DNA of 64,000 nucleotides from an uncultured SAR86 cluster bacterium (GCA_902601475.1 CACKNK010000006.1:1621-65620); one strand, 5' to 3'. Counted from the first letter of the stretch, positions 37,056-48,216 are shown. Program-made: numbers and translations. Notes: a model not told the origin generated them from the letters alone.

Positions 37056-37601
37056 ATGAACATTTCTGATCATATTATTGATGATGCCCGATATATAGCT
37101 TCACCAAATTATGATTCCAGACCTGAAAAAACATCCATCAACCTAATTATTATTCACGCAATTAGTATGCCTGTTGGAGAATATGTCACTGAAAATATTG
37201 TGAAACTTTTTACTAATGAGCTCAATCCTGATGATCATCCAGATTTTAAGGCAGTCTCAGATTTAAAAGTATCATCTCACCTTTTAATTACAAGATCTGG
37301 AGATGTCCTTCAATTTGTACCTTTTCACAAAAGAGCTTGGCATGCTGGTATTTCAGTTTTTGAAGAGCAAGAAAATTGTAATGATTTCTCAATTGGGATT
37401 GAGTTAGAGGGTTGCGATGATGATATTTTCGAAGAAATACAATACGAAGCATTAAATTCAATATTAAATTTACTAAAAAAAGAATACTTGATCCCTGATA
37501 AAAATATTGTTGGCCACCAGCATGTTGCACCAGAGAGAAAAACAGATCCTGGACCAAATTTTGATTGGAGTAAAATAAACGCAGGCCATTTAGATCGATG
37601 A
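37056..37601 (+). CDS. ampD: 1,6-anhydro-N-acetylmuramyl-L-alanine amidase AmpD
   Basis: IIIHAIS, AWHAG.S, NDFSIGIELEG, GHQHVAPERKTDPGP.FDW. Confidence 0.9.
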   Translation: MNISDHIIDDARYIASPNYDSRPEKTSINLIIIHAISMPVGEYVTENIVKLFTNELNPDDHPDFKAVSDLKVSSHLLITRSGDVLQFVPFHKRAWHAGISVFEEQENCNDFSIGIELEGCDDDIFEEIQYEALNSILNLLKKEYLIPDKNIVGHQHVAPERKTDPGPNFDWSKINAGHLDR

Positions 37602-38827
37602 AGAATATATTTGTTTTATCTGCGCTAGGATTCTCCTGCGGTCTTCCTTACATGTTGGTCTTTTCAACTCTATCTGCTTGGTTGCGAGATGCTGGAGCTG
37701 CTTTAACGGTAATTGGCTTTATTAGCTGGGCAGCCCTTACATATTCATTGAAATTTTTATGGTCCCCATTTGTGGATCGAATAAAAATGCCTCTAAACCA
37801 AGTTGTTGGTCAAAGACGATCCTGGATTCTCATGATGCAACTGCTGATCTTGATTTTAATCATGATGATGAGTCAATTTGATCCTATATCAAGTCTCAAT
37901 TTCATAGTAATAACTGCCGTTTTAATTGCATTTTTTGGATCATTGCAGGACATAGCAGTAGATGCTTACAGGATTGAATTGGTCAGTTTGGATGAGCAAG
38001 GTAATCTTGCAGCAAGTTATCAGTTTGGTTACCGATTATCAATATTGGTTGCAACCTCGCTTGCACTAATTTTTGCAGATTTCGTTTCTTGGCAAACAGT
38101 CTACTTAATGTTGTCATTCTTTATGCTGATCGGTGTCTTGGGAGTACTTATTGGAAACACACCTGAAACTTTAAAAGTTGATTACGGCTATGTTGAGAAC
38201 CTACTTTCATCTTTTAAAGATTTTTTTAAAAGGATTGGCTTAGTTTCTGCTTCAGTCCTTCTATTTATCATTGCTACCTATAGACTCACTGATATCATTA
38301 TGGGACCCATGGCAATGCCTTTTTACATTGATATGGGTTACAGCAAGACCGAAATCGGAGCCATTGTGAAAACAGTTGCCCTAGGGGCATCCATTTTGGG
38401 ATTTTTTGTAGGCGGACAATTTATTAAGCGCTTTAGTTTAAAGGCTTGTTTGTTATTTGGTGGAGTGCTTGTACTGATAACAAATTTATTATTCAGTCTT
38501 AGCGCACTTTCGGAATCTAATCTTACTCAGCTATCTATTATTGTGGGTATGGATAGTCTAGCAGCAGGTTTTGTAGGCACTGTTAACATAGCCTTTCTAA
38601 CCAGCCTGGTTTCTAAAAAATTTACTGCGACACAATACGCTTTGTTGACCTCATTTATGATGCTACCAGGAAAGGTGTTCAGTGGTTTCTCAGGTTACTT
38701 AGCAGATTCATTAATAGTGTTGACCTCTATGCAGGTAGGCTGGGCTCTATTTTTTGTAATCACATCTGCATTAACGCTACCGGCATTAATCACCATCATG
38801 ATTAGAAAAGATATATTAAGCAAATAA
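37598..38827 (+). CDS. ampG: muropeptide MFS permease AmpG
   Basis: LGFSCGLPYML, KFLWSPFVDR, MFS topology. Coupled to ampD with a 4-nt overlap. Confidence 0.88.
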   Translation: MKNIFVLSALGFSCGLPYMLVFSTLSAWLRDAGAALTVIGFISWAALTYSLKFLWSPFVDRIKMPLNQVVGQRRSWILMMQLLILILIMMMSQFDPISSLNFIVITAVLIAFFGSLQDIAVDAYRIELVSLDEQGNLAASYQFGYRLSILVATSLALIFADFVSWQTVYLMLSFFMLIGVLGVLIGNTPETLKVDYGYVENLLSSFKDFFKRIGLVSASVLLFIIATYRLTDIIMGPMAMPFYIDMGYSKTEIGAIVKTVALGASILGFFVGGQFIKRFSLKACLLFGGVLVLITNLLFSLSALSESNLTQLSIIVGMDSLAAGFVGTVNIAFLTSLVSKKFTATQYALLTSFMMLPGKVFSGFSGYLADSLIVLTSMQVGWALFFVITSALTLPALITIMIRKDILSK

Positions 38828-38828
38828 G

Positions 38829-39161
38829 TTGAAAGCTCAATTTTATATTTTATTTTTTATTTCAACATTTTTTGCCTTTGCAAACCTTGGAGACTCAGTG
38901 GAGTCTGTTGCCTTAAATGATAAGTTGCTGCATATGTTGGGTTTTATTTTTTTATCAATTTCAGCTTATTTGAGCCAAAACTTCACCCGTCAAAGGCAAA
39001 TATTTTTTTTCTTAGTTTCTTATGCACTTATTATTGAAATTATTCAATTTTTCTTACCCTACAGAAATTATTCAAATTTAGACCTAATTGCCGATTTGAT
39101 TGGTATAATCTCCGGCCTAATTTTGGTTAAAATCATGAATTTTTTAGTGAAAAACTATTGA
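38829..39161 (+). CDS. small VanZ-like membrane protein; TTG start
   Basis: 110 aa, 3-4 TM segments. DKLLHMLGF and EIIQFFLPYR...DLIADLIGIISG resemble the VanZ family motif. Confidence 0.55.
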   Translation: MKAQFYILFFISTFFAFANLGDSVESVALNDKLLHMLGFIFLSISAYLSQNFTRQRQIFFFLVSYALIIEIIQFFLPYRNYSNLDLIADLIGIISGLILVKIMNFLVKNY

Positions 39162-39186
39162 ATTCAATTATTTAATCCATAGATAT
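39158..39186 (+). promoter_or_regulatory. putative groESL promoter (sigma32-like TTGAAT ... CCATAGAT, or weak sigma70)
   Basis: TTGAAT at 39158-39163 and CCATAGAT at 39177-39184, about 50 nt upstream of the groES ATG. Spacing is shorter than the E. coli groE sigma32 promoter, so the call is tentative. Confidence 0.35.
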
Positions 39187-39236
39187 CAATTAACTGCCAA
39201 AATGGCATTAATTCATTTATTAGTGGGAGACTAAAT

Positions 39237-39524
39237 ATGAAACTTAGACCTTTACACGACAAAGTGTTAGTTAAGAGAACTGAAGAAGAAGAAACAACAG
39301 CTGGTGGTATTGTATTGCCGGGTTCAGCTGCTGAAAAACCTTCTCAGGGCGAAGTTATTGCTGTCGGTCCAGGCAAAAGACAGGACAATGGAGAATTAAT
39401 TGCTCCCGACGTAAAAGCTGGAGATTTAGTAATCTTCGGTCAATACGGCGGTAATGAAGTAAAAATCGACGGAGAAGAGTACCTCATTCTTAGTGAAGGG
39501 GATATCTTCGGAGTCATTAGTTAA
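39237..39524 (+). CDS. groES: co-chaperonin GroES
   Basis: [14 protein letters not shown]...[19 protein letters not shown]. Confidence 0.97.
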   Translation: MKLRPLHDKVLVKRTEEEETTAGGIVLPGSAAEKPSQGEVIAVGPGKRQDNGELIAPDVKAGDLVIFGQYGGNEVKIDGEEYLILSEGDIFGVIS

Positions 39525-39533
39525 GTTTTATAG

Positions 39534-41192
<1,659 letters not shown>

Positions 41193-41210
41193 AAAACATC
41201 GTAACTTATA

Positions 41211-41241
41211 AAAAAAACGGGGATTTTCCCCGTTTTTTTTT
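41211..41241 (+). terminator. rho-independent terminator after groEL
   Basis: ACGGGGA-TTT-TCCCCGT hairpin (41217-41233) followed by a 9-T run, 19 nt after the stop. Confidence 0.85.
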
Positions 41242-41278
41242 GGAAGTTATATAATCTTGTTATTACTAGGGAGGTAAT

Positions 41279-41914
41279 ATGGAAGCATATCTAGGTACTG
41301 TTTTAATGAGGACACTGCATATTCTTTTTGGAATATTGTGGATTGGCCTACTTTATTATTTTAACTTTGTTCAGACTGAATACTTTAAAGAGTCTGAAGC
41401 TGATGCTAAATCTGATGTTGTAAAAAAACTTGTTCCAAATGCTCTTTGGTACTTCAGATGGGCTGCAGCATTTACTTTTTTCACTGGGGTGTATTTATTG
41501 TATTGGAAAGGCATTGCAACCAATGTCGGTATTACTTTAGGTGCAATCATGGCTACCATTATGGCGGCTAACGTTTGGTTTGTAATTTGGCCTAATCAAA
41601 AGAAAGTTATTGCTGGTGCGCCGGATGCAGCTGAGGCTGGAGCTAAAGCCGGACTTGCATCCAGAACCAACACTTTATTTTCTATTCCCATGCTTTATTT
41701 AATGGTTTATTCCGCCCATGCAGGCTCTTTGCCAAATCAATTACTGATTGGCAATCAGTTGACTGGACTTTGGGTGGGATTAGCAATTATTGCTGTGATA
41801 GAGCTCAATGCCTTATTTGGAAAAATGAATCCCATGATTACATCGGTTAAGGCTGTAGTGCACTCGGGATTAGCGCTTGGAGTAGTATTTGCTTTGATTG
41901 TTAACTATTTGTAA
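41279..41914 (+). CDS. conserved integral membrane protein, function unknown (resembles the membrane domain of PuuD-type proteins)
   Basis: About 5 TM segments. HILFGILWIGLLYYFNFVQ is a motif I associate with the PuuD N-terminal domain, from memory only. Confidence 0.5.
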   Translation: MEAYLGTVLMRTLHILFGILWIGLLYYFNFVQTEYFKESEADAKSDVVKKLVPNALWYFRWAAAFTFFTGVYLLYWKGIATNVGITLGAIMATIMAANVWFVIWPNQKKVIAGAPDAAEAGAKAGLASRTNTLFSIPMLYLMVYSAHAGSLPNQLLIGNQLTGLWVGLAIIAVIELNALFGKMNPMITSVKAVVHSGLALGVVFALIVNYL

Positions 41915-41935
41915 TAGTTTTTTTCCTTGAAAATT

Positions 41936-41960
41936 AAAGGGAGCTTAAGCTCCCTTTTTT
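41936..41960. terminator. bidirectional terminator-like palindrome between convergent genes
   Basis: Perfect palindrome GGGAGCTTAAGCTCCC (41939-41954) flanked by AAA and TTTTTT. Overlaps the stop of the minus-strand gene. Confidence 0.6.
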
Positions 41961-43186
41961 AGTTTCACTTTATCGATAGAATTCTCAACTATATTTAAAA
42001 TTTCAAGCTGATAACCATTAATTTCCATGCAAAGGTTAGTGCTAGGAATGTATTCTAAATAATCCACAATCATTCCATTGATTGTTTTTGATCCATCCTC
42101 AGGCAGCTCCCATTCAAGTTGCTTGTTTAAGTCTCTAATTTTGTAATTACCCTCAACAATGATTGAGCCATCAGATCTTACATTTAAGGCATCAGGTTTT
42201 TGCAGGTTTTGTTGATTGAATTTACCCACTATTTCTGAAAATAGATCTTCAATCGAAATTAAACCTTCAATTTCTCCATACTCATCCACGACCAAGCCTA
42301 TGTTTTTATCTAGGTTTTGAAACTCCCTCAGTTGATGGGTAAGTTTCGTGCTTTGAGAAACAAAATAAGTTTCAGACAAAAAAGGATCAACTGATTGGTT
42401 ATTCTCGATACACTCAATAAACTCATGTGAATCTTTTAAATGCAGGACCCCAATCATATTATCAAAGGATCCTCTAAAAACCGGGAGCCTGGAGTAAAAC
42501 GATGACTTGATGATGGATTCAGCTTCATCAGGATTATTAAGATCGATACCTACCATTTCAGCGGCTGGAATCATAATGTCTTCAACAGTGAGATCTTCTA
42601 AATCCAAGATCGAGGAGAGCATGGTTCTTGATTGATCCGGTATTAGGTCTCCATGCTCGCTTAATAATGTTCTTAACTCTCCAGAGTTAAGGTTATCATT
42701 TTCAGCAGAATCAGCTGGATCAACGTTTAAAAGCTTTAATAACCTTGAGCTGATGAAGTTAGTTAAAGCAATAATTGGCTTAAATAAAAAAATTAAGCCC
42801 TTTAGGATCCAGGATGATTTTTCAGCAAATTTTTCTGGATATACCGTGGCAATGGTTTTGGGTGTAATTTCGGAAAAAATTAAAATTACAATGGTAAGGA
42901 TCACCGAACCTACCAATACGTTACCACCAAAATAATCAATAAATATTATGGTGACCACTGATGAAGCAAGAATATTAGCAAAGTTATTACCAACCAGAAT
43001 TGCAGACAACAAAATATCAGGACGTGCCAGCAATCTTAGCGCTCTTCTAGCCCCTCTGCTTTTCTTTGAATTATGACGTAGCTTGACCTTGTTTGAGGCC
43101 ATCATGCCAGTTTCAGATCCTGAAGAAAATCCAGAAAAAATTAGTAATGCAACCAATAACAGAAGCAAATATATTAATGAGTCCAC
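41945..43186 (-). CDS. CNNM/HlyC/CorC-family transporter (DUF21 + CBS pair + CorC_HlyC), YfjD-like
   Basis: N-terminal 4-TM DUF21 (SGSETGMMA), CBS pair (VEDIMIP...), C-terminal transporter-associated domain. Next to a ypjD-like gene, as in E. coli. Confidence 0.85.
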   Translation of the reverse strand: MDSLIYLLLLLVALLIFSGFSSGSETGMMASNKVKLRHNSKKSRGARRALRLLARPDILLSAILVGNNFANILASSVVTIIFIDYFGGNVLVGSVILTIVILIFSEITPKTIATVYPEKFAEKSSWILKGLIFLFKPIIALTNFISSRLLKLLNVDPADSAENDNLNSGELRTLLSEHGDLIPDQSRTMLSSILDLEDLTVEDIMIPAAEMVGIDLNNPDEAESIIKSSFYSRLPVFRGSFDNMIGVLHLKDSHEFIECIENNQSVDPFLSETYFVSQSTKLTHQLREFQNLDKNIGLVVDEYGEIEGLISIEDLFSEIVGKFNQQNLQKPDALNVRSDGSIIVEGNYKIRDLNKQLEWELPEDGSKTINGMIVDYLEYIPSTNLCMEINGYQLEILNIVENSIDKVKLKKGA

Positions 43187-43189
43187 TGC

Positions 43190-43822
43190 TTAGTTATACC
43201 TGTCGATGATTTGAATATTTAGGAAATAGGTAATTATTATCAATAAAAATGTTATCAAAAGAAATCTAAGAGCATATTTTGCACTCAGTTTAGAGTATTT
43301 CATTGCTATGTAAACACTTATATAGATGGCAAGAGCAAGGCAGGATAACAATATCTTTATTCGTGATTCAATATCTGGATCGCTGTATATTAAAAATCCT
43401 GTTGCCAGCGCAAAAATTAATACAATTAATCCGACTCCAAGAACTTTCAGTAGAAACTTAAATTGGCTCTCAATTGGGGTACGAAGGCTTGATTCTGATA
43501 AACCCTTTTTAAGATTAATAGAGTGCCTCTCCAATAATAATGCTTCAAAAATAGTAATAATTAAGATTGTGATACTCAAAATCGTTGCCAATACGTGAAG
43601 ATCATATAAAAAATCAGTATTTGCAAAGATTAATGCATACGAAGCACTGAAGGCAGCAGATACCAAACCTAATGAAACGGCATTACTAAAGAATCTTTTA
43701 AGCAAGACATAGATCGGAAGGCTTGAAAGGGTAAAAATTAGGAAAGGAGTGGCCATTAAATAAATTGTTAATCTTTTATATATTAACACTATCAAATTTA
43801 TCAAGCTTACCCTAAAATACAC
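43190..43822 (-). CDS. YpjD/CcsA-like inner membrane protein (cytochrome c assembly family); start may be the internal Met at 43756
   Basis: Polytopic membrane protein in the yfjD-ypjD arrangement. Starting at 43822 leaves only 24 nt to rpsP. Met23 (MATPFLIF) would leave 90 nt. Confidence 0.5.
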   Translation of the reverse strand: MYFRVSLINLIVLIYKRLTIYLMATPFLIFTLSSLPIYVLLKRFFSNAVSLGLVSAAFSASYALIFANTDFLYDLHVLATILSITILIITIFEALLLERHSINLKKGLSESSLRTPIESQFKFLLKVLGVGLIVLIFALATGFLIYSDPDIESRIKILLSCLALAIYISVYIAMKYSKLSAKYALRFLLITFLLIIITYFLNIQIIDRYN

Positions 43823-43846
43823 ACCTTTTTAGGATTAACAAAATTT

Positions 43847-44719
43847 ATGGTAGTAATTAGACTTGCAAAGAGTGGGGCAAAGAAAAACCCATATTTCTTT
43901 ATCACAGTAGCTGACTCTAGAATGCCTAGAGACGGTAGATTCATAGAAAGACTAGGTTTTTACAACCCATCTGCAAGAGGTTCTGAGGAAAGACTTCGTT
44001 TTAATACTGAGCGCTTTGATCATTGGGTCGGCCAAGGTGCACAAGTTTCAGATCGTGTGAAGGTTTTGCATCAAGAGGCTGAAATGTCTCCTGAAGATCT
44101 GGCTGCTAAATTCGAAAAAAGGGATTCTAAACGTCAAGCAAAAAAAGAAGCTAAAGCAGCAAAACTTGCAGAAGAAATGGCTGCATCTGAAGAGGCTGCA
44201 CCGGCAGAAGAGACTCCAGTAGAAGAAGCTCCAGCCGAAGAAGCCGCACCAGCAGAAGAAGCTCCAGCTGAGGAAGAAGCTCCAGCCGAAGAAGCTGCAC
44301 CAGCAGAAGAGGCTCCAGCTGAAGAAGCTGCACCTGCAGAAGAGGCTCCAGCTGAAGATGCTGCACCCGCAGAAGAGGCTCCAGTAGAAGAAGCTCCAGC
44401 TGAAGAAGAAGCTCCAGCTGAAGAAGCTGCACCAGCAGAAGAGGCTCCAGCTGAAGAAGCTGCACCTGCAGAAGAGGCTCCAGCTGAAGAAGCTGCACCA
44501 GCAGAAGAGGCTCCAGTAGAAGAAGCTCCAGCTGAAGAAGAAGCTCCAGCTGAAGAAGCTGCACCAGCAGAAGAGGCTCCAGCTGAAGAAGCTGCACCTG
44601 CAGAAGAGGCTCCAGCTGAAGAAGCTGCACCAGCAGAAGAGGCTCCAGTAGAAGAAGCTCCAGCTGAAGAAGAAGCTCCAGCTGAAGAAGATTCTCCATC
44701 AGATGACGAAAAGAAGTAA
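43847..44719 (+). CDS. rpsP: 30S ribosomal protein S16 with an approx. 210-aa acidic Glu/Ala/Pro-rich C-terminal extension
   Basis: First ~80 aa are canonical S16 ([35 protein letters not shown]). The same frame continues through ([11 protein letters not shown])n to TAA at 44717-44719. Confidence 0.9.
   Translation: MVVIRLAKSGAKKNPYFFITVADSRMPRDGRFIERLGFYNPSARGSEERLRFNTERFDHWVGQGAQVSDRVKVLHQEAEMSPEDLAAKFEKRDSKRQAKKEAKAAKLAEEMAASEEAAPAEETPVEEAPAEEAAPAEEAPAEEEAPAEEAAPAEEAPAEEAAPAEEAPAEDAAPAEEAPVEEAPAEEEAPAEEAAPAEEAPAEEAAPAEEAPAEEAAPAEEAPVEEAPAEEEAPAEEAAPAEEAPAEEAAPAEEAPAEEAAPAEEAPVEEAPAEEEAPAEEDSPSDDEKK
44216..44690 (+). repeat. coding tandem repeat in the rpsP tail: 132-bp unit (4 x 33-bp sub-units)
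   Basis: 44381-44512 and 44513-44644 are identical base for base (checked by hand). 44645-44690 is a 46-nt partial third copy. 44216-44380 is a diverged 165-bp copy. Confidence 0.95.
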
Positions 44720-45227
44720 TTCTTTAGACGATAGCCACATATTAATTGGACGAATAGGTAGACCAAGAGGTCTCAAAGGTGAGTTTTTCATAAACTCATT
44801 TTCTGAATCATCAGAAGCTTTTTTAAAATATAAAAACTTTTTTCTTTATTCTGAATCAGAACTCGTTCCTGTTGATTTTGACTATTTAAAGAAACAGAAC
44901 CAGAAAATTATTGGAAAAATATCAGATATCAATACACCTGAAGATGCAGAAAGAATTAAAAATTCAGACCTTTTTTTGGATAAAAATGACCTTCCTGAAT
45001 TAGAAGACGGTTATTACTGGCATGAATTGTTAGGCATGAAGGTAATTAATTTAGATGGTGACGCTCTTGGAGAAGTGATTGCTATTAATAATTATGGATC
45101 AAACGACATGCTCGAAGTGAAGACCAAGAAGAAAAAACTACTTATTCCTTTTGTTAAAAACAGAATAATTTTTGATATCGATAAAGAAAAGAAAGTTATT
45201 AACGTTGATTGGTATGATTCCTACTGA
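44703..45227 (+). CDS. rimM: 16S rRNA processing protein RimM
   Basis: [15 protein letters not shown]-terminus. Position in rpsP-rimM-trmD-rplS. Confidence 0.9.
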   Translation: MTKRSNSLDDSHILIGRIGRPRGLKGEFFINSFSESSEAFLKYKNFFLYSESELVPVDFDYLKKQNQKIIGKISDINTPEDAERIKNSDLFLDKNDLPELEDGYYWHELLGMKVINLDGDALGEVIAINNYGSNDMLEVKTKKKKLLIPFVKNRIIFDIDKEKKVINVDWYDSY

Positions 45228-45964
45228 TGGATATTAAATTTAATCTTATTACCTTATTTCCTGAAATCTATGATGCTTTGGATCATGGATTAATCGGTAA
45301 GGCCATTCAAAATAATGTAATCGAGTTAAATAAGATTCAATTACGAGATTTCGCAATTAATCAACATGGTCAGATAGATGGAAAACCGTTCGGAGGAGAA
45401 AAGGGCATGATTATGATGGTGGAGCCACTTGAAAATGCTTTGAAATCAATATCGCCCAAGAATAAACATATCGTTATAAATTTTTCACCTCAAGGAAAGC
45501 AATTAGGTCAAAACCTAGCTAAAAAAATGCTTGATTATGATGAAATTACTATTGTGAACGGAAGATATGAAGGTATTGATGAAAGGTTTATTGATAAATA
45601 TGTTGATTTAGAAGTTTCCTTGGGTGATTACGTTTTCAGCAATGGAGATTTGGCCAGCTTAGTTTTTATTGATGTTCTTGCAAGAATGATTCCTTCTGTC
45701 ATCGGAAAAGAGGAGTCTGTAACAGAAGACTCCTTCTTTAATGGACTGCTTAAAGGCCCCACATATACTCGACCTGAAGTCTATGATGGAATGAGTGTCC
45801 CAGAGATCCTGCTATCAGGAAATCATGAAGAAATAAAAGCTTGGCGAGAATATCAATCGATCAAGACCACACTTGAGAAAAGGCCTGAAATATTTGATAA
45901 AATAAAACTTACAAAAAAACAAAAAAAACTCTTGGAAGAATTAGATTCTAAGCGTATCCTATAG
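45227..45964 (+). CDS. trmD: tRNA (guanine37-N1)-methyltransferase
   Basis: ITLFPE, GRYEGIDERF, LSGNHEEI..WR. Confidence 0.95.
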   Translation: MDIKFNLITLFPEIYDALDHGLIGKAIQNNVIELNKIQLRDFAINQHGQIDGKPFGGEKGMIMMVEPLENALKSISPKNKHIVINFSPQGKQLGQNLAKKMLDYDEITIVNGRYEGIDERFIDKYVDLEVSLGDYVFSNGDLASLVFIDVLARMIPSVIGKEESVTEDSFFNGLLKGPTYTRPEVYDGMSVPEILLSGNHEEIKAWREYQSIKTTLEKRPEIFDKIKLTKKQKKLLEELDSKRIL

Positions 45965-45983
45965 CACATTTTAGGCCGTAGAC

Positions 45984-46592
45984 ATGTCAGATAAAGAAAT
46001 TGAAAACAACGCTTCTAACGAAGAAGCATCGGAAACAGTAGAAACTCCAGAATCAGTGGATTCTACTCCCGAAACAGCTGAAACTGTTGTTGAAGCTGAG
46101 GAAGCTTCAGCGCCTGAAGAATCTGTCCCTGAAGCACCCGCTGAGACTCCCGAACCTGAAGCAGATGTTCCTGCAGAAGAAGCTAGTGCTGCTGTGGAAG
46201 AGCCAGCTGAAGCTGTTTCAACAGCTAAGCTAGAAGAATTGTCGCCGGCGCAAATAGTTCAAAATTTCGAAAAATCTCAGTTAAAAGATGATGTACCTCC
46301 TTTTAGACCAGGAGATACTGTTGTTGTTTCAGTAAAAGTTAAAGAAGGTGAAAGAACTAGACTTCAAGCTTTTGAAGGCGTTGTTATGCACATCAAAAAT
46401 GCTGGTTTAAACTCATCATTCATCGTTAGAAAAATATCCAGCGGTATTGGTGTAGAAAGAACATTTCAAGTTCACAGCCCCATAATTGATTCCATCAAAG
46501 TTAAGCGTAAGGGCGACGTTAGAAAAGCTAAACTCTATTATTTAAGAGAGAGATCTGGAAGATCTGCTAGGATCAAAGAAAGACTCGAATAA
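45984..46592 (+). CDS. rplS: 50S ribosomal protein L19 with an approx. 85-aa acidic N-terminal extension (alternative in-frame TTG at 46239 would give a canonical-length protein)
   Basis: C-terminal 117 aa collinear with E. coli L19 ([29 protein letters not shown]). Upstream 85 codons are stop-free and E/A/P/T/S/V-rich. Confidence 0.85.
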   Translation: MSDKEIENNASNEEASETVETPESVDSTPETAETVVEAEEASAPEESVPEAPAETPEPEADVPAEEASAAVEEPAEAVSTAKLEELSPAQIVQNFEKSQLKDDVPPFRPGDTVVVSVKVKEGERTRLQAFEGVVMHIKNAGLNSSFIVRKISSGIGVERTFQVHSPIIDSIKVKRKGDVRKAKLYYLRERSGRSARIKERLE

Positions 46593-46594
46593 TT

Positions 46595-47494
46595 ATGACT
46601 ATGGATACAAAAGAGAGTCATCTTATTGATTCTTTTTTGAGATTTTTACAGTTAGAAAAAGCTCTATCTAAAAATACCATAAGCTCTTATAAAACTGACA
46701 TTGGCGGTTTTAATCAGTGGTGCTCTGATCAAGCAATAAAATTTTCGGAAGTTAATTTGAGGCATGCTGAAAATTTCATTGTTAGTTTAAGAAAAAAAGA
46801 ACTTGCTCCTGCATCGATTTCAAGAAAAATTTCATCATTAAAATCCCTATTTGTTTACTTAAAAAAACAGCAACATATTAAAACTAATCCTTTTCAAGAC
46901 TTGGTCTTACCAAAAATTCCAAAATCTCTTCCTAAATCCATGTCGATGGCAGAGGTAAACACCCTGTTGGATGCACCGGATACTTCAACCTTTATAGGGT
47001 TACGGGATAAAACCATGTTGGAATTAATGTACGCAACAGGCTTGAGGGTTTCTGAGCTTGTAAACTTAAAGTATTCAAGTTTTGACTTTGAAAGAAGCGT
47101 TATTAAAGTTCTGGGCAAAGGATCGAAAGAGAGAATTATCCCCTTTGGCGACAGTGCACTTTCGTGGTTAAAACAATACATAGATTTTCGTAGGCAAAAC
47201 AATTTAAGCATGAACAGTAAATATTTTTTTATTAGTCAAAAGCTATCCCAAGTGACACGTCAGTCATTTTGGCAGCGCGTAGAACATTATCAAAAGATTG
47301 CATCCATTCCTTACAAGATATCACCGCATACACTTCGTCATGCTTTTGCGACTCACTTACTTAATAATGGAGCTGATCTTAGATCCGTACAAATGTTGCT
47401 TGGACATAGTGACCTTTCTACCACGCAAATATATACTCACATTGCAAAACAAAGACTTAGTGAGATGATTAAAAAACATCATCCGCGAGGGTAA
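46595..47494 (+). CDS. xerD: site-specific tyrosine recombinase XerD
   Basis: R..H..R..Y catalytic pattern (ATGLRVSEL, HTLRHAFATHLL, LLGHSDLSTTQIYTH). Conserved xerD-dsbC context. Confidence 0.9.
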   Translation: MTMDTKESHLIDSFLRFLQLEKALSKNTISSYKTDIGGFNQWCSDQAIKFSEVNLRHAENFIVSLRKKELAPASISRKISSLKSLFVYLKKQQHIKTNPFQDLVLPKIPKSLPKSMSMAEVNTLLDAPDTSTFIGLRDKTMLELMYATGLRVSELVNLKYSSFDFERSVIKVLGKGSKERIIPFGDSALSWLKQYIDFRRQNNLSMNSKYFFISQKLSQVTRQSFWQRVEHYQKIASIPYKISPHTLRHAFATHLLNNGADLRSVQMLLGHSDLSTTQIYTHIAKQRLSEMIKKHHPRG

Positions 47495-47496
47495 TC

Positions 47497-48216
47497 ATGG
47501 TTAAAAAATTAAATATCTTCATTAGTTTAATTTTAGTAATTACAGTCAAAGGTGAAGATGTCGAAACAGCTGTAAATAAGATCTTACCGCCAGGCATGCA
47601 GGTACAAGCTATTGCGGATTCAAACATTGACGGCATCAAGGTTGTAGATATCGGAGAACTGCAGCCAATTTATGTGACCGAGGACGGTAAATATTTCTTT
47701 TTTGGTGAGCTTTATTCAATCAATGAATCCAACATTAATAATCTTACCGATCAAGCAAAGCGGGATAAAAGGGCAAATTTGATTGCTTCAAACCTCTCTT
47801 CCGCAGATTACATTACCTTTCCAGCGAAACGAGCCAAACATGAAATTACAGTCTTCACTGACGTGGATTGTGGGTATTGCCGAAAGTTTCACAGTGAAAT
47901 TGAGGACTACAATGAAATAGGCATCACTGTGAATTATGTTGCTTTTCCAAGATCCGGACCTGATTCCTCTTCGTATAATAAAATTGTTGGCGCATGGTGC
48001 TCTGCTGATCCTAAAAAAATTCTAACAGAGCAAAAAAAAGGAGAAGAGCCGAAAACTTCTCTTTGTGAGGACAATCCAGTGATGGAGCATTTCATGCTGG
48101 GTCAAAAAATTGGCATTACAGGCACTCCAGCTATTATCAGTAAGTCTGGAGCTCTATTTCCTGGTTATTTACCGGCCAGCGATTTATTTTCGAGGTTAGA
48201 AGCAAGTGAATCCTAA
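47497..48216 (+). CDS. dsbC: thiol:disulfide interchange protein DsbC
   Basis: Signal peptide, N-terminal dimerisation domain, thioredoxin fold with DVDCGYCRKFH. Confidence 0.88.
   Translation: MVKKLNIFISLILVITVKGEDVETAVNKILPPGMQVQAIADSNIDGIKVVDIGELQPIYVTEDGKYFFFGELYSINESNINNLTDQAKRDKRANLIASNLSSADYITFPAKRAKHEITVFTDVDCGYCRKFHSEIEDYNEIGITVNYVAFPRSGPDSSSYNKIVGAWCSADPKKILTEQKKGEEPKTSLCEDNPVMEHFMLGQKIGITGTPAIISKSGALFPGYLPASDLFSRLEASES

Noticed and set aside
39162-39236. A CIRCE (HrcA) operator upstream of groES.
   Set aside because: There is no TTAGCACTC-N9-GAGTGCTAA. The inverted repeat present has a different sequence and a 3-nt loop.
43823-43846. Absence of ffh between the ypjD-like gene and rpsP (E. 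coli has ypjD / ffh-rpsP-rimM-trmD-rplS).
   Set aside because: This is a simple local rearrangement. ffh is essential and is presumably elsewhere. Nothing in the 24-90-nt spacer suggests a remnant.
44134-44766. Long antisense ORFs (210 aa SSAGA-rich and 182 aa LLQLE-rich) opposite the rpsP tail.
   Set aside because: They are stop-free only because the GAA/GCT/CCA repeat has no stop in any frame. They lack starts with an RBS and lie antisense to a ribosomal protein gene, so they are repeat artefacts.
46595-47494. The tyrosine recombinase as a marker of a prophage or integrative element.
   Set aside because: It has full XerD-like motifs and sits in the conserved xerD-dsbC context after rplS. 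There are no flanking att-like repeats, tRNA or phage genes.
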